This document shows, piece by piece, positions 38,864 to 49,297 of a stretch of 64,000 bases of DNA. The translations under genes were made by a program, and so were the position numbers. How positions within the stretch are numbered: the first letter of the stretch is position 1; each line of letters opens with the position of its first letter. The notes under the pieces were generated by a model. That model saw nothing but the letters and a program-made list of their open reading frames with translations. It was not told the origin of the DNA and ran no database searches. The stretch spans positions 4,608,001-4,672,000 of the forward strand of contig OZ244207.1 of NCBI GenBank assembly GCA_965216875.1, read 5' to 3'. The DNA is from Rubripirellula sp. Lineage in GTDB: Bacteria > Planctomycetota > Planctomycetia > Pirellulales > Pirellulaceae.

Positions 38864-40210
38864 ATGAACAACGCCTTCGACGATGCCTTGAAAATTTGGA
38901 ACGCGGGCGTCGATGCAGTGCGTGCTCAACCGCTGGTCGAAAACTCAGTCACGGTCGAGGGCGGCCAGCTTTCGATTGATCACCACACATGGTCGCTCGC
39001 TGATTTTGATCGTGTCGTTGTCGTTGGGGCAGGGAAGGCCGGTTCAGCGATGGCAGCAGGCTTGGTCCATGCAGTCGGTGGAGCCTTGCCGGTGCTCGGC
39101 TGGGTCAACGTGCCGGCCGGGACCGAGCGTGACGTGCCCGGCATCACGACACACCCCGCACGTCCCGCTGGTGTCAACGAACCGACCGAAGTAGGTGTCG
39201 CCGGCACGGAGAAGATTCTTGAACTTGTCCAACAGTCGACTTCGCGCGACTTGGTGATCGCATTGATCTCTGGCGGCGGAAGTGCCCTGCTTCCTGCGCC
39301 TGCACCAGGCATCACGCTTGAAGACAAGCTTGCCGTCACGCGTTTGCTGTCGGGTGGCGGCGCGGACATCACCGAACTCAATACCGTCCGCAAACATCTC
39401 AGTCGCATCAAAGGAGGTGGACTGCTGGCCGCCTGCCGCGACGCAACACTGGTCACATTGATTCTCTCGGATGTCCTTGGCGACCCTCTCGACATGATCG
39501 CTTCGGGACCGACCGTCCCCGACACAACCACACCTGACGACGCTCTCGAGTTACTTGCGAAGTTTGATCCCGATCGAGCGTTGCCCAATCGCGTCTATGT
39601 AACGCTCAAGGATGCTCCCCAAAAGTTCGATCAGCCGAGTTGCCACCACACCAACATTGTCCTTGGCAACAATGCCGTTGCCGTCGACGAGGCTGGCATC
39701 ATGGCCGAGAGCTTGGGCTACAACCATGCGATGCAATCGGCTCGAAGTTGCGAAGGCGCAGCGGAAGACGTTGGCATTGGACTCGCACGAATGGTCGTTG
39801 AAATGCTCAACCAAAGCCCTGACCAGCACCGCACCGATTGCCTCATCACCGGCGGCGAACCGACGGTCACGCTGGCCCCATCGGACATTCGCGGGCGCGG
39901 TGGCCGGAATCAACAATTGGTCTTGGCTGCCTATCAAACGTTGCGCGGCCTCGATCTTGATGAGCGTGACTGGGACCGGCTCGCGATCCTTTCGGGCGGC
40001 ACCGATGGAGAAGATGGACCGACCGATGCAGCCGGCGCGATCCTTAACGGAGCGATTCATCGTCAAGCGATGGCCCTAAACCTTGATATTGCAGACCATT
40101 TGAAACGAAACGACGCCTACTCGTTTTTCGAAGCAGCAGGTGGTTTGATCATGACCGGTCCGACGGGGACCAATGTTTGTGATGTCCGCGTCGCGTTGGT
40201 GACGAGCTGA
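38864..40210 (+). CDS. Glycerate 2-kinase (MOFRL/TtuD family)
   Basis: GAGKAG, ISGGGSAL, RKHLSRIKGG, IASGPT, GGRNQ, GTDGEDG, TGPTGTNVCD. Confidence 0.93.
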   Translation: MNNAFDDALKIWNAGVDAVRAQPLVENSVTVEGGQLSIDHHTWSLADFDRVVVVGAGKAGSAMAAGLVHAVGGALPVLGWVNVPAGTERDVPGITTHPARPAGVNEPTEVGVAGTEKILELVQQSTSRDLVIALISGGGSALLPAPAPGITLEDKLAVTRLLSGGGADITELNTVRKHLSRIKGGGLLAACRDATLVTLILSDVLGDPLDMIASGPTVPDTTTPDDALELLAKFDPDRALPNRVYVTLKDAPQKFDQPSCHHTNIVLGNNAVAVDEAGIMAESLGYNHAMQSARSCEGAAEDVGIGLARMVVEMLNQSPDQHRTDCLITGGEPTVTLAPSDIRGRGGRNQQLVLAAYQTLRGLDLDERDWDRLAILSGGTDGEDGPTDAAGAILNGAIHRQAMALNLDIADHLKRNDAYSFFEAAGGLIMTGPTGTNVCDVRVALVTS

Positions 40211-40355
40211 GCGCCGGTCACCCCATCGCCAGCCCTCTCCGAGTTTTTGCAAGCATCCGCATTATCGAGAGGCGAAGGTAGGCGAAACGTAGGAAGTCCC
40301 GTAGACTGAACCCTTGACGCGAAAGGCTCAATTCGTCTTACCAACAAGGATGATA

Positions 40356-40514
40356 ATGTCGTCAGGTCGCCAGAGATGCCGACACTGCCAATGCCACACT
40401 CGGCGTGCGCGCCGAAGATGGTTCGAGCGTCTTCTTTTTGTTCGCAAGACCTACCTGTGTAACAACTGCGGTCGCCGACTCTACAAGACCTATCTCTTTG
40501 GTCTGACCCTGTAG
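40356..40514 (+). CDS. Small basic zinc-ribbon protein (52 aa)
   Basis: AAGGA RBS; CRHC...CNNC pairs; Arg-rich. Confidence 0.55.
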   Translation: MSSGRQRCRHCQCHTRRARRRWFERLLFVRKTYLCNNCGRRLYKTYLFGLTL

Positions 40515-40532
40515 TGGTGCATCTAGCTCTAT

Positions 40533-41038
40533 GTGTCATGCATCCGGCTGGCACTCTCCCTTGGGAGAGTCGGGCTCTCAGGTCCGGTGAGGGACACGTC
40601 GAACGGCCCTCCCCGGGCTTTAGCGCCCGACCCTCCCACAAGTGGGAGGGTAATTCCGGTTGAAACAGTGCATGACATTTATCGCTAGATCAACCAGTAG
40701 GTCATGCTCTGCATGACACGAAGTGAGTTCGGAGTACCGAGCTTTAGCCGGAATCTTCTCTCGTTCCGCCTAAAGGCGGGACTACGAACGGTGCGAGCCG
40801 AACACGCTCGCGTCGGGGCACGGAACGAAGAAAGAACCACCCGCAAAGAACCTCCATCGCACTTACTCCTGCTCGTACTCACCGAAGCAGTACTCCGACT
40901 CGCCATGCCTCCGTGCCCTCGGTGAACTCCGTGCCCTCGGTGAACTCCGTGCCCTCGGTGAACTCTGTGGCTCAACCAAAAACCGGCGGCTAGCGTCTTG
41001 CCGCTCAATGGTGCCGGACGCCAACGCATTCGGCTCAC
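40533..41038. repeat. Large mosaic repeat island (B, D, C, hexamer tract, 3x18-bp tandem, I, J)
   Basis: B 40552-40651; D 40697-40717; C 40727-40789; (CTCCGTGCCCTCGGTGAA)x3 40909-40962; I 40985-41008; J 41011-41038. Confidence 0.85.
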
Positions 41039-41113
41039 CAGTCTGGGTCCGCGTCGCACGGTTACGGGTTAAAGTGATGTGCCCGCATCCAGCCTTCACT
41101 CCAAAGCCCCTCG

Positions 41114-43099
41114 ATGACCCAACCCGATTTTTTCGCCGCCCCGACTGATCCGTCGCAGTTGCAAACCAAAGCAGACGGTCCCTCTGGTTCGTTGCCGCTG
41201 AGTGACGAAATCTTGCGCAATTGGAGCAGTGGTGACCTCTTTGGGCTAACACAAAGTGTGGGCATGGGTTTTGACCCGCGGCGAGTCCTTGGTGACCAGT
41301 ACTTGGTCCTCAGCACTCAGGGCGGCGTACGCGCTCCGGACGGAACGCCCATCGCCCTCGGTTATCACACCGGACACTGGGAGGTCGGGTTGTTGGTTCA
41401 AGCGGCTGCCGAACAAATCGAAGCGTCGGGCGGTGTTCCCTTTGCCGCTTTCTGCAGCGACCCTTGCGATGGGCGCAGTCAGGGAACGCGCGGGATGTTC
41501 GATTCATTGCCGTATCGCAATGATGCCGCAATCGTGATGCGTCGGCTCATCCGATCCCTGCCGCGGCGCAAAGGAGTGATCGGGATCGCGACGTGCGACA
41601 AAGGCTTGCCAGCGATGATGATGGCGCTAGCGGGTTGTGGTGACTTGGCAAACGTCCTCGTTCCTGGTGGCGTCACGCTTCCGCCGACGGTTGGTGAAGA
41701 CGCCGGAAAAGTCCAAACGATCGGCGCCCGCTACTCGCGTGGCGAAATGACACTCGAAGAAGCCTCACTCGAAGGATGCCGCGCCTGCGGGACGCCTGGC
41801 GGCGGTTGTCAATTCCTGGGCACGGCGGCGACAAGCCAAGTGGTTGCCGAAGCACTGGGCATGACCGTTCCCCACGCGGCGCTTGCGCCAAGCGGCCAAC
41901 CCATTTGGACTCAGCTTGCTCGCGACTCGTCGGACGCAGCGCGCTTGATGGCCGGGCGTGATGAAACACTCAATGACATCCTGACCGACGGTGCGGTTTA
42001 CAACGCAATGTTGATCCACGCCGCGGTTGGTGGCAGCACCAATTTGCTGTTACATATTCCGGCAATCGCAGCCGCCGCGAAACGAACACGTCCTGACGCG
42101 AACGCATTTAGTGAAGTCAACAAACTTGTCCCGCGTTTCGTCGACTGCCTCCCCAACGGCCCCGTCGGCCACCCAACGGTGCAACTCTTTCTGGCCGGTG
42201 GTGTTCCCGAAGTTGCCTGGCATCTACGTGAACTCGGGTTACTTCGTAGCGAAGAACGCACTGTCACTGGTCTGACTTGGGACGAGTTGCTTGACCAGTG
42301 GCGCGAGAGTGATCGTCGCAAGGCTTGTCGAGAACGACTCCGCGAAGCCGATGGCGTGGACCCCGATGAAGTGATCATTCCGCCGGCCGAGGCAAGACGC
42401 CGACGGATGACGAGCACCGTATGCTTTCCAAAGGGCAATCTGTGCCCAGAAGGATCGGTGATCAAATCGACCTCGATCGACCCGTCAGTGGTGGACGACG
42501 ATAACGTTTATCGCAAACGAGGTCCGGCCCGAGTCTTCACAACGGAACGGGATGCGATTGCAGCGATCAAGAGTCAAACCGACACTGCCATTCAAGCGGG
42601 CGACATCATCGTTCTGATTGGACGTGGCCCGCTCGGATGCGGAATGGAAGAGACGTACCAGATCACATCGGCGCTCAAGTACTTGTCGTTTGGCAAAGAA
42701 GTCGCACTGGTAACCGATGCCAGGTTCTCGGGCGTCAGTACGGGTGCCTGTGTCGGTCACGTGGGTCCCGAAGCCCTAGCCGGTGGTCCAATCGCCAAGG
42801 TACGAGACGGCGACATCATCGAAATCGAAATCGATCGCAACACGCTTGCCGGGCGGGTCGACCTTGTTGAAACCGTTGATAGCGATCCATCTGATTCAGT
42901 GGAGTCCGTTCTTGAGACGCGACCGCCACACCCGGACCTTCAGGTCGAAGCGGAAATGCCAGCCGACACCCGACTTTGGGCGGCCCTGCAGCAGGCGGGC
43001 GGCGGCACCTGGGGGGGCTGCGTCTACGATGTGGATGAGATCGTTTTGACGCTCGAAGAAGGCATTAAAGCGAGGCAGCGGCGGGGAGAATTGCCTTAA
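41114..43099 (+). CDS. IlvD/Edd-family dehydratase, YjhG/YagF (D-xylonate) type
   Basis: [50 protein letters not shown]. Confidence 0.92.
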   Translation: MTQPDFFAAPTDPSQLQTKADGPSGSLPLSDEILRNWSSGDLFGLTQSVGMGFDPRRVLGDQYLVLSTQGGVRAPDGTPIALGYHTGHWEVGLLVQAAAEQIEASGGVPFAAFCSDPCDGRSQGTRGMFDSLPYRNDAAIVMRRLIRSLPRRKGVIGIATCDKGLPAMMMALAGCGDLANVLVPGGVTLPPTVGEDAGKVQTIGARYSRGEMTLEEASLEGCRACGTPGGGCQFLGTAATSQVVAEALGMTVPHAALAPSGQPIWTQLARDSSDAARLMAGRDETLNDILTDGAVYNAMLIHAAVGGSTNLLLHIPAIAAAAKRTRPDANAFSEVNKLVPRFVDCLPNGPVGHPTVQLFLAGGVPEVAWHLRELGLLRSEERTVTGLTWDELLDQWRESDRRKACRERLREADGVDPDEVIIPPAEARRRRMTSTVCFPKGNLCPEGSVIKSTSIDPSVVDDDNVYRKRGPARVFTTERDAIAAIKSQTDTAIQAGDIIVLIGRGPLGCGMEETYQITSALKYLSFGKEVALVTDARFSGVSTGACVGHVGPEALAGGPIAKVRDGDIIEIEIDRNTLAGRVDLVETVDSDPSDSVESVLETRPPHPDLQVEAEMPADTRLWAALQQAGGGTWGGCVYDVDEIVLTLEEGIKARQRRGELP

Positions 43100-43194
43100 G
43101 CGGTAGCCCTTGCGATCACCTCAATTGCAGGGATAATCGACGCCTGAAAAACAAGGCGTCCCCTCAATATCCACCGAACCCCAGGTAGCTTGTC

Positions 43195-44217
43195 ATGGCT
43201 TTGGTCCCTCTCCGCGTTGTCCTCGATCACGCGGCCGAAAACGATTACGGCGTTGCCGCGTTCAACGTCAACAACATGGAACAAATCCAGGCGATCATGG
43301 AAGCCGCCCAGGAGACTGACTCGCCAGTCATCATCCAAGCTTCGCGTGGTGCACGTGCCTACTCGCAAGACGCTTACCTGCGTCACCTGATGTTGGCTGC
43401 CACCGAACTTTACCCACACATTCCAACCGTGATGCACCAAGACCACGGTAACAGCCCCGAGACCTGCTTGTCGGCAATCGAAAACGGCTTCACCAGCGTC
43501 ATGATGGACGGATCGCTGATGGAAGACGGCCAAACCCCAGCCGATTACGACTACAACGTCAAAGTGACCGCGGAAGTCGTCAAGATGGCTCACGCTCGCG
43601 GCGTTTCGGTCGAAGGCGAACTCGGTTGCCTCGGTTCGCTCGAATCGGGCGGTGGCGAACAAGAAGACGGTCACGGTGCCGTTGGCGAATTGAGCCACGA
43701 CCAACTGTTGACTGACCCCGAAGAAGCAAAACGCTTCGTCGAAGAAACCGGCTGTGACGCGTTGGCCGTCGCGATCGGAACCAGCCACGGTGCTTACAAG
43801 TTCACCAAGAAGCCTACCGGCGAAGTTTTGGCGATGAGCCGAATCGAAGAGATTCACGCTCAATTGCCAAACACCCACTTGGTCATGCACGGCAGCAGCA
43901 GTGTCCCACAAGAGCTTCAAGACATCATCAACCAATACGGTGGTGAGATGAAGCAAACCTACGGCGTGCCTGTCGAAGAAATCCAACGTGGTATCAAGAG
44001 CGGTGTTCGCAAGATCAACGTCGACACCGACTGCCGCATGGCGATCACCGGTGCGATCCGCAAGGTCCTGACCGAAGATCCTTCGGCATTCGACCCACGT
44101 GCTTACCTCAAGCCAGCTCGTGCAGCAATGAAAGAAGTTTGCGTCGCACGCATGACCGCATTCGGTCAAGCTGGCAACGGCGAAAAGCTGCGTAGCTCGA
44201 TGGGCGCAACTGCCTGA
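43195..44217 (+). CDS. fba: Fructose-bisphosphate aldolase class II
   Basis: [46 protein letters not shown]. Confidence 0.96.
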   Translation: MALVPLRVVLDHAAENDYGVAAFNVNNMEQIQAIMEAAQETDSPVIIQASRGARAYSQDAYLRHLMLAATELYPHIPTVMHQDHGNSPETCLSAIENGFTSVMMDGSLMEDGQTPADYDYNVKVTAEVVKMAHARGVSVEGELGCLGSLESGGGEQEDGHGAVGELSHDQLLTDPEEAKRFVEETGCDALAVAIGTSHGAYKFTKKPTGEVLAMSRIEEIHAQLPNTHLVMHGSSSVPQELQDIINQYGGEMKQTYGVPVEEIQRGIKSGVRKINVDTDCRMAITGAIRKVLTEDPSAFDPRAYLKPARAAMKEVCVARMTAFGQAGNGEKLRSSMGATA

Positions 44218-44250
44218 TCCGGCTTCGATCCAAGCTAAGAAAAACGAAGA

Positions 44251-44279
44251 GCCGGCGCGTTTTCGCGTCGGCCTTTTTT
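44251..44279 (+). terminator. Intrinsic terminator after fba
   Basis: GCCGGCGCG-TTTT-CGCGTCGGC stem followed by C and T6. Confidence 0.8.
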
Positions 44280-45713
44280 ATGTTCCCACACCTGATCGAG
44301 GCGTTTCGTCACCAATGCCGAGTCCAACCGGACGCGGTAGCGCTGATCGTCCCCGATGGCGACGCGACCGCTTCATTCAACTGGCGACAACTCCAGCAGA
44401 TCGTTGCGACGTTCGCGTCCGACCTGCGCCAGCGCGTTGAAGGACAATTCGCTGATCAAGGCCAACCAGTCGTCGCTCACCCCAGCGACAACACTCTCGC
44501 CGACGTTGTCGTGGCTCTTTCCTGTATCGCGATCGGTGCAATCGAAGTCCCGATCGATCATCGTCTTGGTGACGAGGAAGTCGATCAACTGCGCGGCCAA
44601 GTTGGCGGCCTCTGGTTATCGAAAGCCGAACGCAGCGCGTCATTGGCGAAGGCTCGTCGCAGCAGCGAATCGGACGCCGACTGCTCCGAAACCCTATTCG
44701 AAACGAAGATCGATCCCGATGCACCCTCGTTGATCCTGTGGACCAGCGGCACGACGGGAACGCCTCGCGGCGTGGTGTTGTCTCAGCGGAGTCTCACGCA
44801 AAATGCGGCCGCTAAGCTTGCCGCTGTGCCTGAGTCTGCGGCGGATGTGAGGCTCTGTTCTTTACCTCTTTGCCACGCCTACGCGCGGACCTGCGACATG
44901 GGCACTTGGTTGCTCAGCGGCTGTACGCTCGCGCTGACGCTCGGTTACGCAGGCTGGCAGCGACTCGGACCTCACGTTCGTCCAACGATCGCAAACACCG
45001 TGCCCAGTCTTGCGCTTCGACTCTTTGAATCGGCTACCGAAACGACCGGATCGAGTCGTTTGCGTTTGCTCGGTTGTGGCGGTGCAGCGATCAGTGAATC
45101 AGCGTTCAACGGATGGAAACAGCGCGGCGTCACGGTCATCCAAGGCTACGGTTTGACGGAAACATCGCCCGTGATTTGCAGTGCGAGCCCTGAGAACGCA
45201 ACAGCGGGTCTGGTTGGCCCGTTTGTTGACGGATGGGATCACGAAACCCGCGACGGCAGACTCTTCGTCCGCGGCCCCGCGATGATGCTCGGCTACTGGA
45301 AGGATGATGAAGCGACTGCACACAAAATCATCGACGGCTGGCTCGACACAGGCGACCTCGTTGAAACCGATGCCGCGTCGGGACAGGTTCGAATCCTGGG
45401 ACGTGCCGATGAAGTGATCGTGCTCGACTCAGGACGCAAGATTCACCCGCTCGGCATTGAAAAAGAACTCTGCGAAATCGACGGCGTCGACCACGCGATG
45501 CTTCACTACCAAAACGGCAAGCTACAACTGTGGCTCGATGCGAAAGGGGAAATCAACGCAGCCGATCTCGAGAAACTGTTTCAGACGAAACCGCACTGGC
45601 AGCGGCCAGTCATGATCCACACCTTCAAGCCCCGTCTATCGCGTGCTGCCGGTGAATTGACCTCCAAAGGAACATTGCGCCGCAAGCAGATCATGGCCAA
45701 TCGAAAACGGTAA
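44280..45713 (+). CDS. AMP-dependent acyl-CoA synthetase (ANL family)
   Basis: WTSGTTGTPRG, QGYGLTE, DTGD, GRADE. Confidence 0.88.
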   Translation: MFPHLIEAFRHQCRVQPDAVALIVPDGDATASFNWRQLQQIVATFASDLRQRVEGQFADQGQPVVAHPSDNTLADVVVALSCIAIGAIEVPIDHRLGDEEVDQLRGQVGGLWLSKAERSASLAKARRSSESDADCSETLFETKIDPDAPSLILWTSGTTGTPRGVVLSQRSLTQNAAAKLAAVPESAADVRLCSLPLCHAYARTCDMGTWLLSGCTLALTLGYAGWQRLGPHVRPTIANTVPSLALRLFESATETTGSSRLRLLGCGGAAISESAFNGWKQRGVTVIQGYGLTETSPVICSASPENATAGLVGPFVDGWDHETRDGRLFVRGPAMMLGYWKDDEATAHKIIDGWLDTGDLVETDAASGQVRILGRADEVIVLDSGRKIHPLGIEKELCEIDGVDHAMLHYQNGKLQLWLDAKGEINAADLEKLFQTKPHWQRPVMIHTFKPRLSRAAGELTSKGTLRRKQIMANRKR

Positions 45714-45761
45714 GCGGCATGAACACCAGCGAGCCGGGATTTGGAATTGCGAGGGTAGCAA

Positions 45762-45924
45762 GCCACAGAGGACACGGAGAGCGCCGAGCAAAAAAAGCAC
45801 CATCGCTCCTACTCGTACTCATCTGTGAGCCGCGATCGCGTAAGCGGCCGGGCCCTTAGTCGCCTTCACACTCGATTCGCGTCGGCAAGGGCCCGAGGCC
45901 TCACGGCCAGCGGCTCACGGGCAC
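45762..45924 (-). repeat. Repeat cluster (9-mer tract, hexamer tract, family A)
   Basis: Family A copy at 45825-45924 in reverse orientation. Confidence 0.82.
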
Positions 45925-45961
45925 GCTTTGGAAATGCGCCGCTCAGGTTGTGGCGGCCACG

Positions 45962-47125
45962 TTACGCCGGGTCGTACGCTGCGCTGCCGAGCCCGCGACC
46001 TCGTGGCAGGAATTTGCACATCACAATGCCAAGCATGTAAAGGAACACGAGCGGGATCGCTAGTGCGACCATACTCGTCACATCGGCGGGGGTCAGCAAC
46101 ATCGAGATAACGAAGATCACCAGGATCGCCACTTTCCAACTTGCGATGTACGACTCGGTTTCGATCAAACCGATGCGTTGCAGGAACAACATCACCAACG
46201 GCAACTGGAATGCGATGCCAAATCCAAGCGGCAACAACAACACAAAGTTGACGTAGTAAGTGAGCCGTGGTTCCACCGCGACGTCCATCGATCCATTGAA
46301 TGCAAGCAGGAAGCTGAGAACGTAGTGAAGCACGAGGAAGAAGGCGAGCACGACACCTGAGACGAACAACACCACACTGAGCGGCAGGTACAAATAAACG
46401 TACTTGCGTTCATGTTGGTGCAGACCCGCGGCGACAAACGTCCACAGGTGATAAAAGATCATCGGCGAAGCAAGGACGGCGCCAACAATCAGCCCCGCCT
46501 TGATCCAGATCATGAACGGCTCTTCCATTTTCAGCGAGCTGACACCGATTCGGTTTTCGATCAACTGCACCTTCGGCTTGAGCGATGCCGGGTCGGGAAG
46601 CTGCGACAGCAACTTGGCCATCTCGAATGGCTTCACCGTGGTTGACGGTGCCACCGATAGCTCGACGTTGTCCGCTTGGTCCTCTGATTCCTCTTCGGAC
46701 TCGTCATCACTCTTAGGTGTGTTCCCCTCTTCGTCACTCGACTCGTCATCACTCTTGTCATCGCCGTCATCCGCCGGCTCGACGGAATCGAGCGTTAGGT
46801 TTTGCAGCTCCTCAGGCACTTCATAGACGACCTGCCACTCCAGCTCGTTCTTCATCAAGAATTCACGAAGCGGTTGAACCTCTTCGTCATCGAGCCGATC
46901 GCCATAGCCGAGGCGATGTAAATCGCGGTCGGTGTTGAACTGGCGAATCGCTCCGGTCAGCGGCGTTTGAATGAAAACGATGATACGGTCTGCAAAAATC
47001 AACCCGATGGCCAATCCGATGCCGAGCCATATGATCGCTTTGACCAGGCATTTCCGTAGCTCTTCGAGGTGTTCCCCGAAGGTCATCGTCGAATTGTCAA
47101 AAAGATCGTCTTTGGGGCGTTCCAC
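45962..47125 (-). CDS. tatC: Twin-arginine translocase subunit TatC
   Basis: MTFGEHLEELR, LWTFVAAGLHQHE, FGIAFQLP, LTPAD. Confidence 0.93.
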   Translation of the reverse strand: MERPKDDLFDNSTMTFGEHLEELRKCLVKAIIWLGIGLAIGLIFADRIIVFIQTPLTGAIRQFNTDRDLHRLGYGDRLDDEEVQPLREFLMKNELEWQVVYEVPEELQNLTLDSVEPADDGDDKSDDESSDEEGNTPKSDDESEEESEDQADNVELSVAPSTTVKPFEMAKLLSQLPDPASLKPKVQLIENRIGVSSLKMEEPFMIWIKAGLIVGAVLASPMIFYHLWTFVAAGLHQHERKYVYLYLPLSVVLFVSGVVLAFFLVLHYVLSFLLAFNGSMDVAVEPRLTYYVNFVLLLPLGFGIAFQLPLVMLFLQRIGLIETESYIASWKVAILVIFVISMLLTPADVTSMVALAIPLVFLYMLGIVMCKFLPRGRGLGSAAYDPA

Positions 47126-47419
47126 GCGGATCTCGTTTGAACAGATGGAAGGAGGGTGTCAATCAATCGGAAGTTTGCGGTTCCCAATGCCCTAAAACAG
47201 GGCAACATGCGTCAAAGGGGGTAACGCTGGGATCGACCACGGCTCCAGAAACCGACCGCGATCATACGGTGGCGGAGACATTTTGGCCTATGAGGCAAAC
47301 TGGCCGCTTAGGCCTCTTCCACAGTGTAACAGCGGTTGGCAAAATCGACCGCGCCCTTTCTGGCCGGTTCGTTCACTAAACGCGTCCCTAAATGCGTTGT
47401 AACCATCGAATTCGTAACT

Positions 47420-48388
47420 ATGACCCCCTATCCGATCCGATTTCGGCCCTTGTTGAAGCAAACGATCTGGGGAGGTCGCCGACTCGGCGATCAATTGGGC
47501 AAAACACTCGGCCCTGAATCCAATTACGCCGAAAGCTGGGAAGTGGTCGACCACGGTGCTGATCAGAGCGTCGTCGAGAATGGACCACTCGCCGGTTCCA
47601 CGTTGGCCGACTTGATTCGCGACCACGCCGGTTGGCTTCTGGGTAACGCCCCAAACAATCAGACCGCCTTCCCACTCCTTTTGAAATACCTCGATTGCAA
47701 CCGCGTCCTCTCGGTTCAAGTGCACCCCGATGATCGATACGGTTTGGCGATGCCCGAACCCGACTTGGGAAAAACGGAAGCTTGGTTCATTGTTGATGCC
47801 GAACCAGACGCGTTGATCTACGCGGGGCTAAAAGAGGGTGTCGATCGCGAACAACTTGCCGCCGCGATCCAGCAGGGCACGACCGAAGAAACACTCCATT
47901 CGTTTCATCCTCAACCGGGCGACTGTGTCTTTATCCCGGCCGGAACCGTGCACGCGTTGGGCGCCGGCTTGCTCGTTGCTGAGATCCAACAATCAAGCAA
48001 CACCACGTTTCGCTTGTTTGACTGGAACCGTGTCGACAGCAAGGGCAACGCGCGACCACTGCACATCGAACAAGCGATCGAAGTGACCGACTACGAAAGT
48101 GGTCCCGTGCCGCCTCGACGGACCGATCCAGCGAAAGGCAATTGGCAAACGATCGTCGAATGCGACAAGTTTGTTTTCCGAGCCCTGCGGCGTGGCGCAG
48201 CTGAACTCAATGGCGATCAGAAGTTTCACATCCTGACTGTTCCACGCGGTCAGGCTGACCTGGAAGTTGGCGGCGAAACGATGTCACTCGAAACCGGAGA
48301 ATCGGTACTGATTCCCGCAGCGTTCAAATCTGCCAACATCACGGTCACCTCCGATGTCGGCACCGTGCTGGAAATGCATCTCCCCTAG
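47420..48388 (+). CDS. manA: Mannose-6-phosphate isomerase type I
   Basis: IWGG, ESWE, FPLLLK, LSVQVHP, GKTEAW, PAGTVHA, EIQQSSNTTFR. Confidence 0.92.
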   Translation: MTPYPIRFRPLLKQTIWGGRRLGDQLGKTLGPESNYAESWEVVDHGADQSVVENGPLAGSTLADLIRDHAGWLLGNAPNNQTAFPLLLKYLDCNRVLSVQVHPDDRYGLAMPEPDLGKTEAWFIVDAEPDALIYAGLKEGVDREQLAAAIQQGTTEETLHSFHPQPGDCVFIPAGTVHALGAGLLVAEIQQSSNTTFRLFDWNRVDSKGNARPLHIEQAIEVTDYESGPVPPRRTDPAKGNWQTIVECDKFVFRALRRGAAELNGDQKFHILTVPRGQADLEVGGETMSLETGESVLIPAAFKSANITVTSDVGTVLEMHLP

Positions 48389-48398
48389 AGTCCAAGTG

Positions 48399-48561
48399 GT
48401 AGTGGACGAGGCTACGAGTCCTTCGTTCTTCGCTTTCGCGACATCAAGGATTAACTCAGGGACTCGTTGCCTCGTCCACTACGACTCTGGGACTCGTAGC
48501 CTCGTCCACTACGACTCAAGGACTCGTTGCCGACTCTGGGACTCGTGGCCTCGTCCACTAC
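48399..48561. repeat. REP family H array (GTAGTGGACGAGGCNACGAGTCC)
   Basis: One forward copy at 48399-48421; reverse copies at 48460-48482, 48490-48512, 48520-48531 (partial) and 48539-48561. Confidence 0.9.
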
Positions 48562-48787
48562 GGGCATGCACCTGCGTTTCCGGACTAATCTTCCTAATCA
48601 CGATTGGTTGGCGTGAAATCACGCACATGGCAGTGCTATCACTTCATCGCGTGATTCCGGAAAAACGATAGCAAGGATGAGAGCCGTACTGAATCGATCT
48701 TGGCCCAGCCTTGCTGGACTTCGTAGGCTCGATCACCTCCCAACCGGCGGACACGGAACCGCCGATTCGTGCCGAAAGGAAGCGCAA

Positions 48788-49054
48788 ATGCGTCGTAGCA
48801 TCCTCACCGCCAATCTTTGCCTGATCGCCCTCTTTGCGGCGACATGTTTCTCGGGATGCCGCGGTCGCCAATGGTTCAAACCGCCTGGCCCCATGCTCGA
48901 ACAGCAAGCCAATGCGATCGTGCATGATCCGTATCCACAGGATGACATCGCTCCGTCGGACCCCTCGGTCCGCCCGCCGAGTTACCAGCGTCCGTTGGCC
49001 GAGCCCGTGCGCAACCGTCTGGTCCCCGATGCGATGCCTTGGCTAGGACGCTAG
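48788..49054 (+). CDS. Small Pro-rich lipoprotein
   Basis: AAGGAAG RBS; signal peptide with FSGC lipobox. Confidence 0.75.
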   Translation: MRRSILTANLCLIALFAATCFSGCRGRQWFKPPGPMLEQQANAIVHDPYPQDDIAPSDPSVRPPSYQRPLAEPVRNRLVPDAMPWLGR

Positions 49055-49297
49055 TCTCGCGTTATCTGGGAAACGCGATGGATTCCGCTCGCGCCAGCTT
49101 GCCAATTCGAAGCTGTGCGTAGCGACCTTCGCCAGAAAGTGGATTGGTGGGCAATCCCGGCCCAATCCCGCGCATTCTGATGCGCATCTCGGGGATGTCA
49201 CGCGCACCGTGACCACCCGCCCCGACATGGGGCGACTGTCAGAGTGGGGCGGTTTTGGTAGGTTGTTCGCTGAACGCAAACACCTGCCGAGTCACCG

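Noticed and set aside
40260..40340. Possible c-di-GMP riboswitch (GGCGAAAC...GACGCGAAAG)
   Set aside because: The conserved P1/P2 stems and spacing could not be built by eye. An Rfam scan would settle it.
40909..40972. Possible CRISPR or coding repeat (HRGHGV/PRARSS ORFs)
   Set aside because: It is a spacerless 18-bp tandem inside a repeat island, and the ORFs over it are repeat translations.
48399..48561. Possible CRISPR array
   Set aside because: Linkers are only 7 bp and near-identical, one unit is inverted, and there are no cas genes. It fits a REP array.
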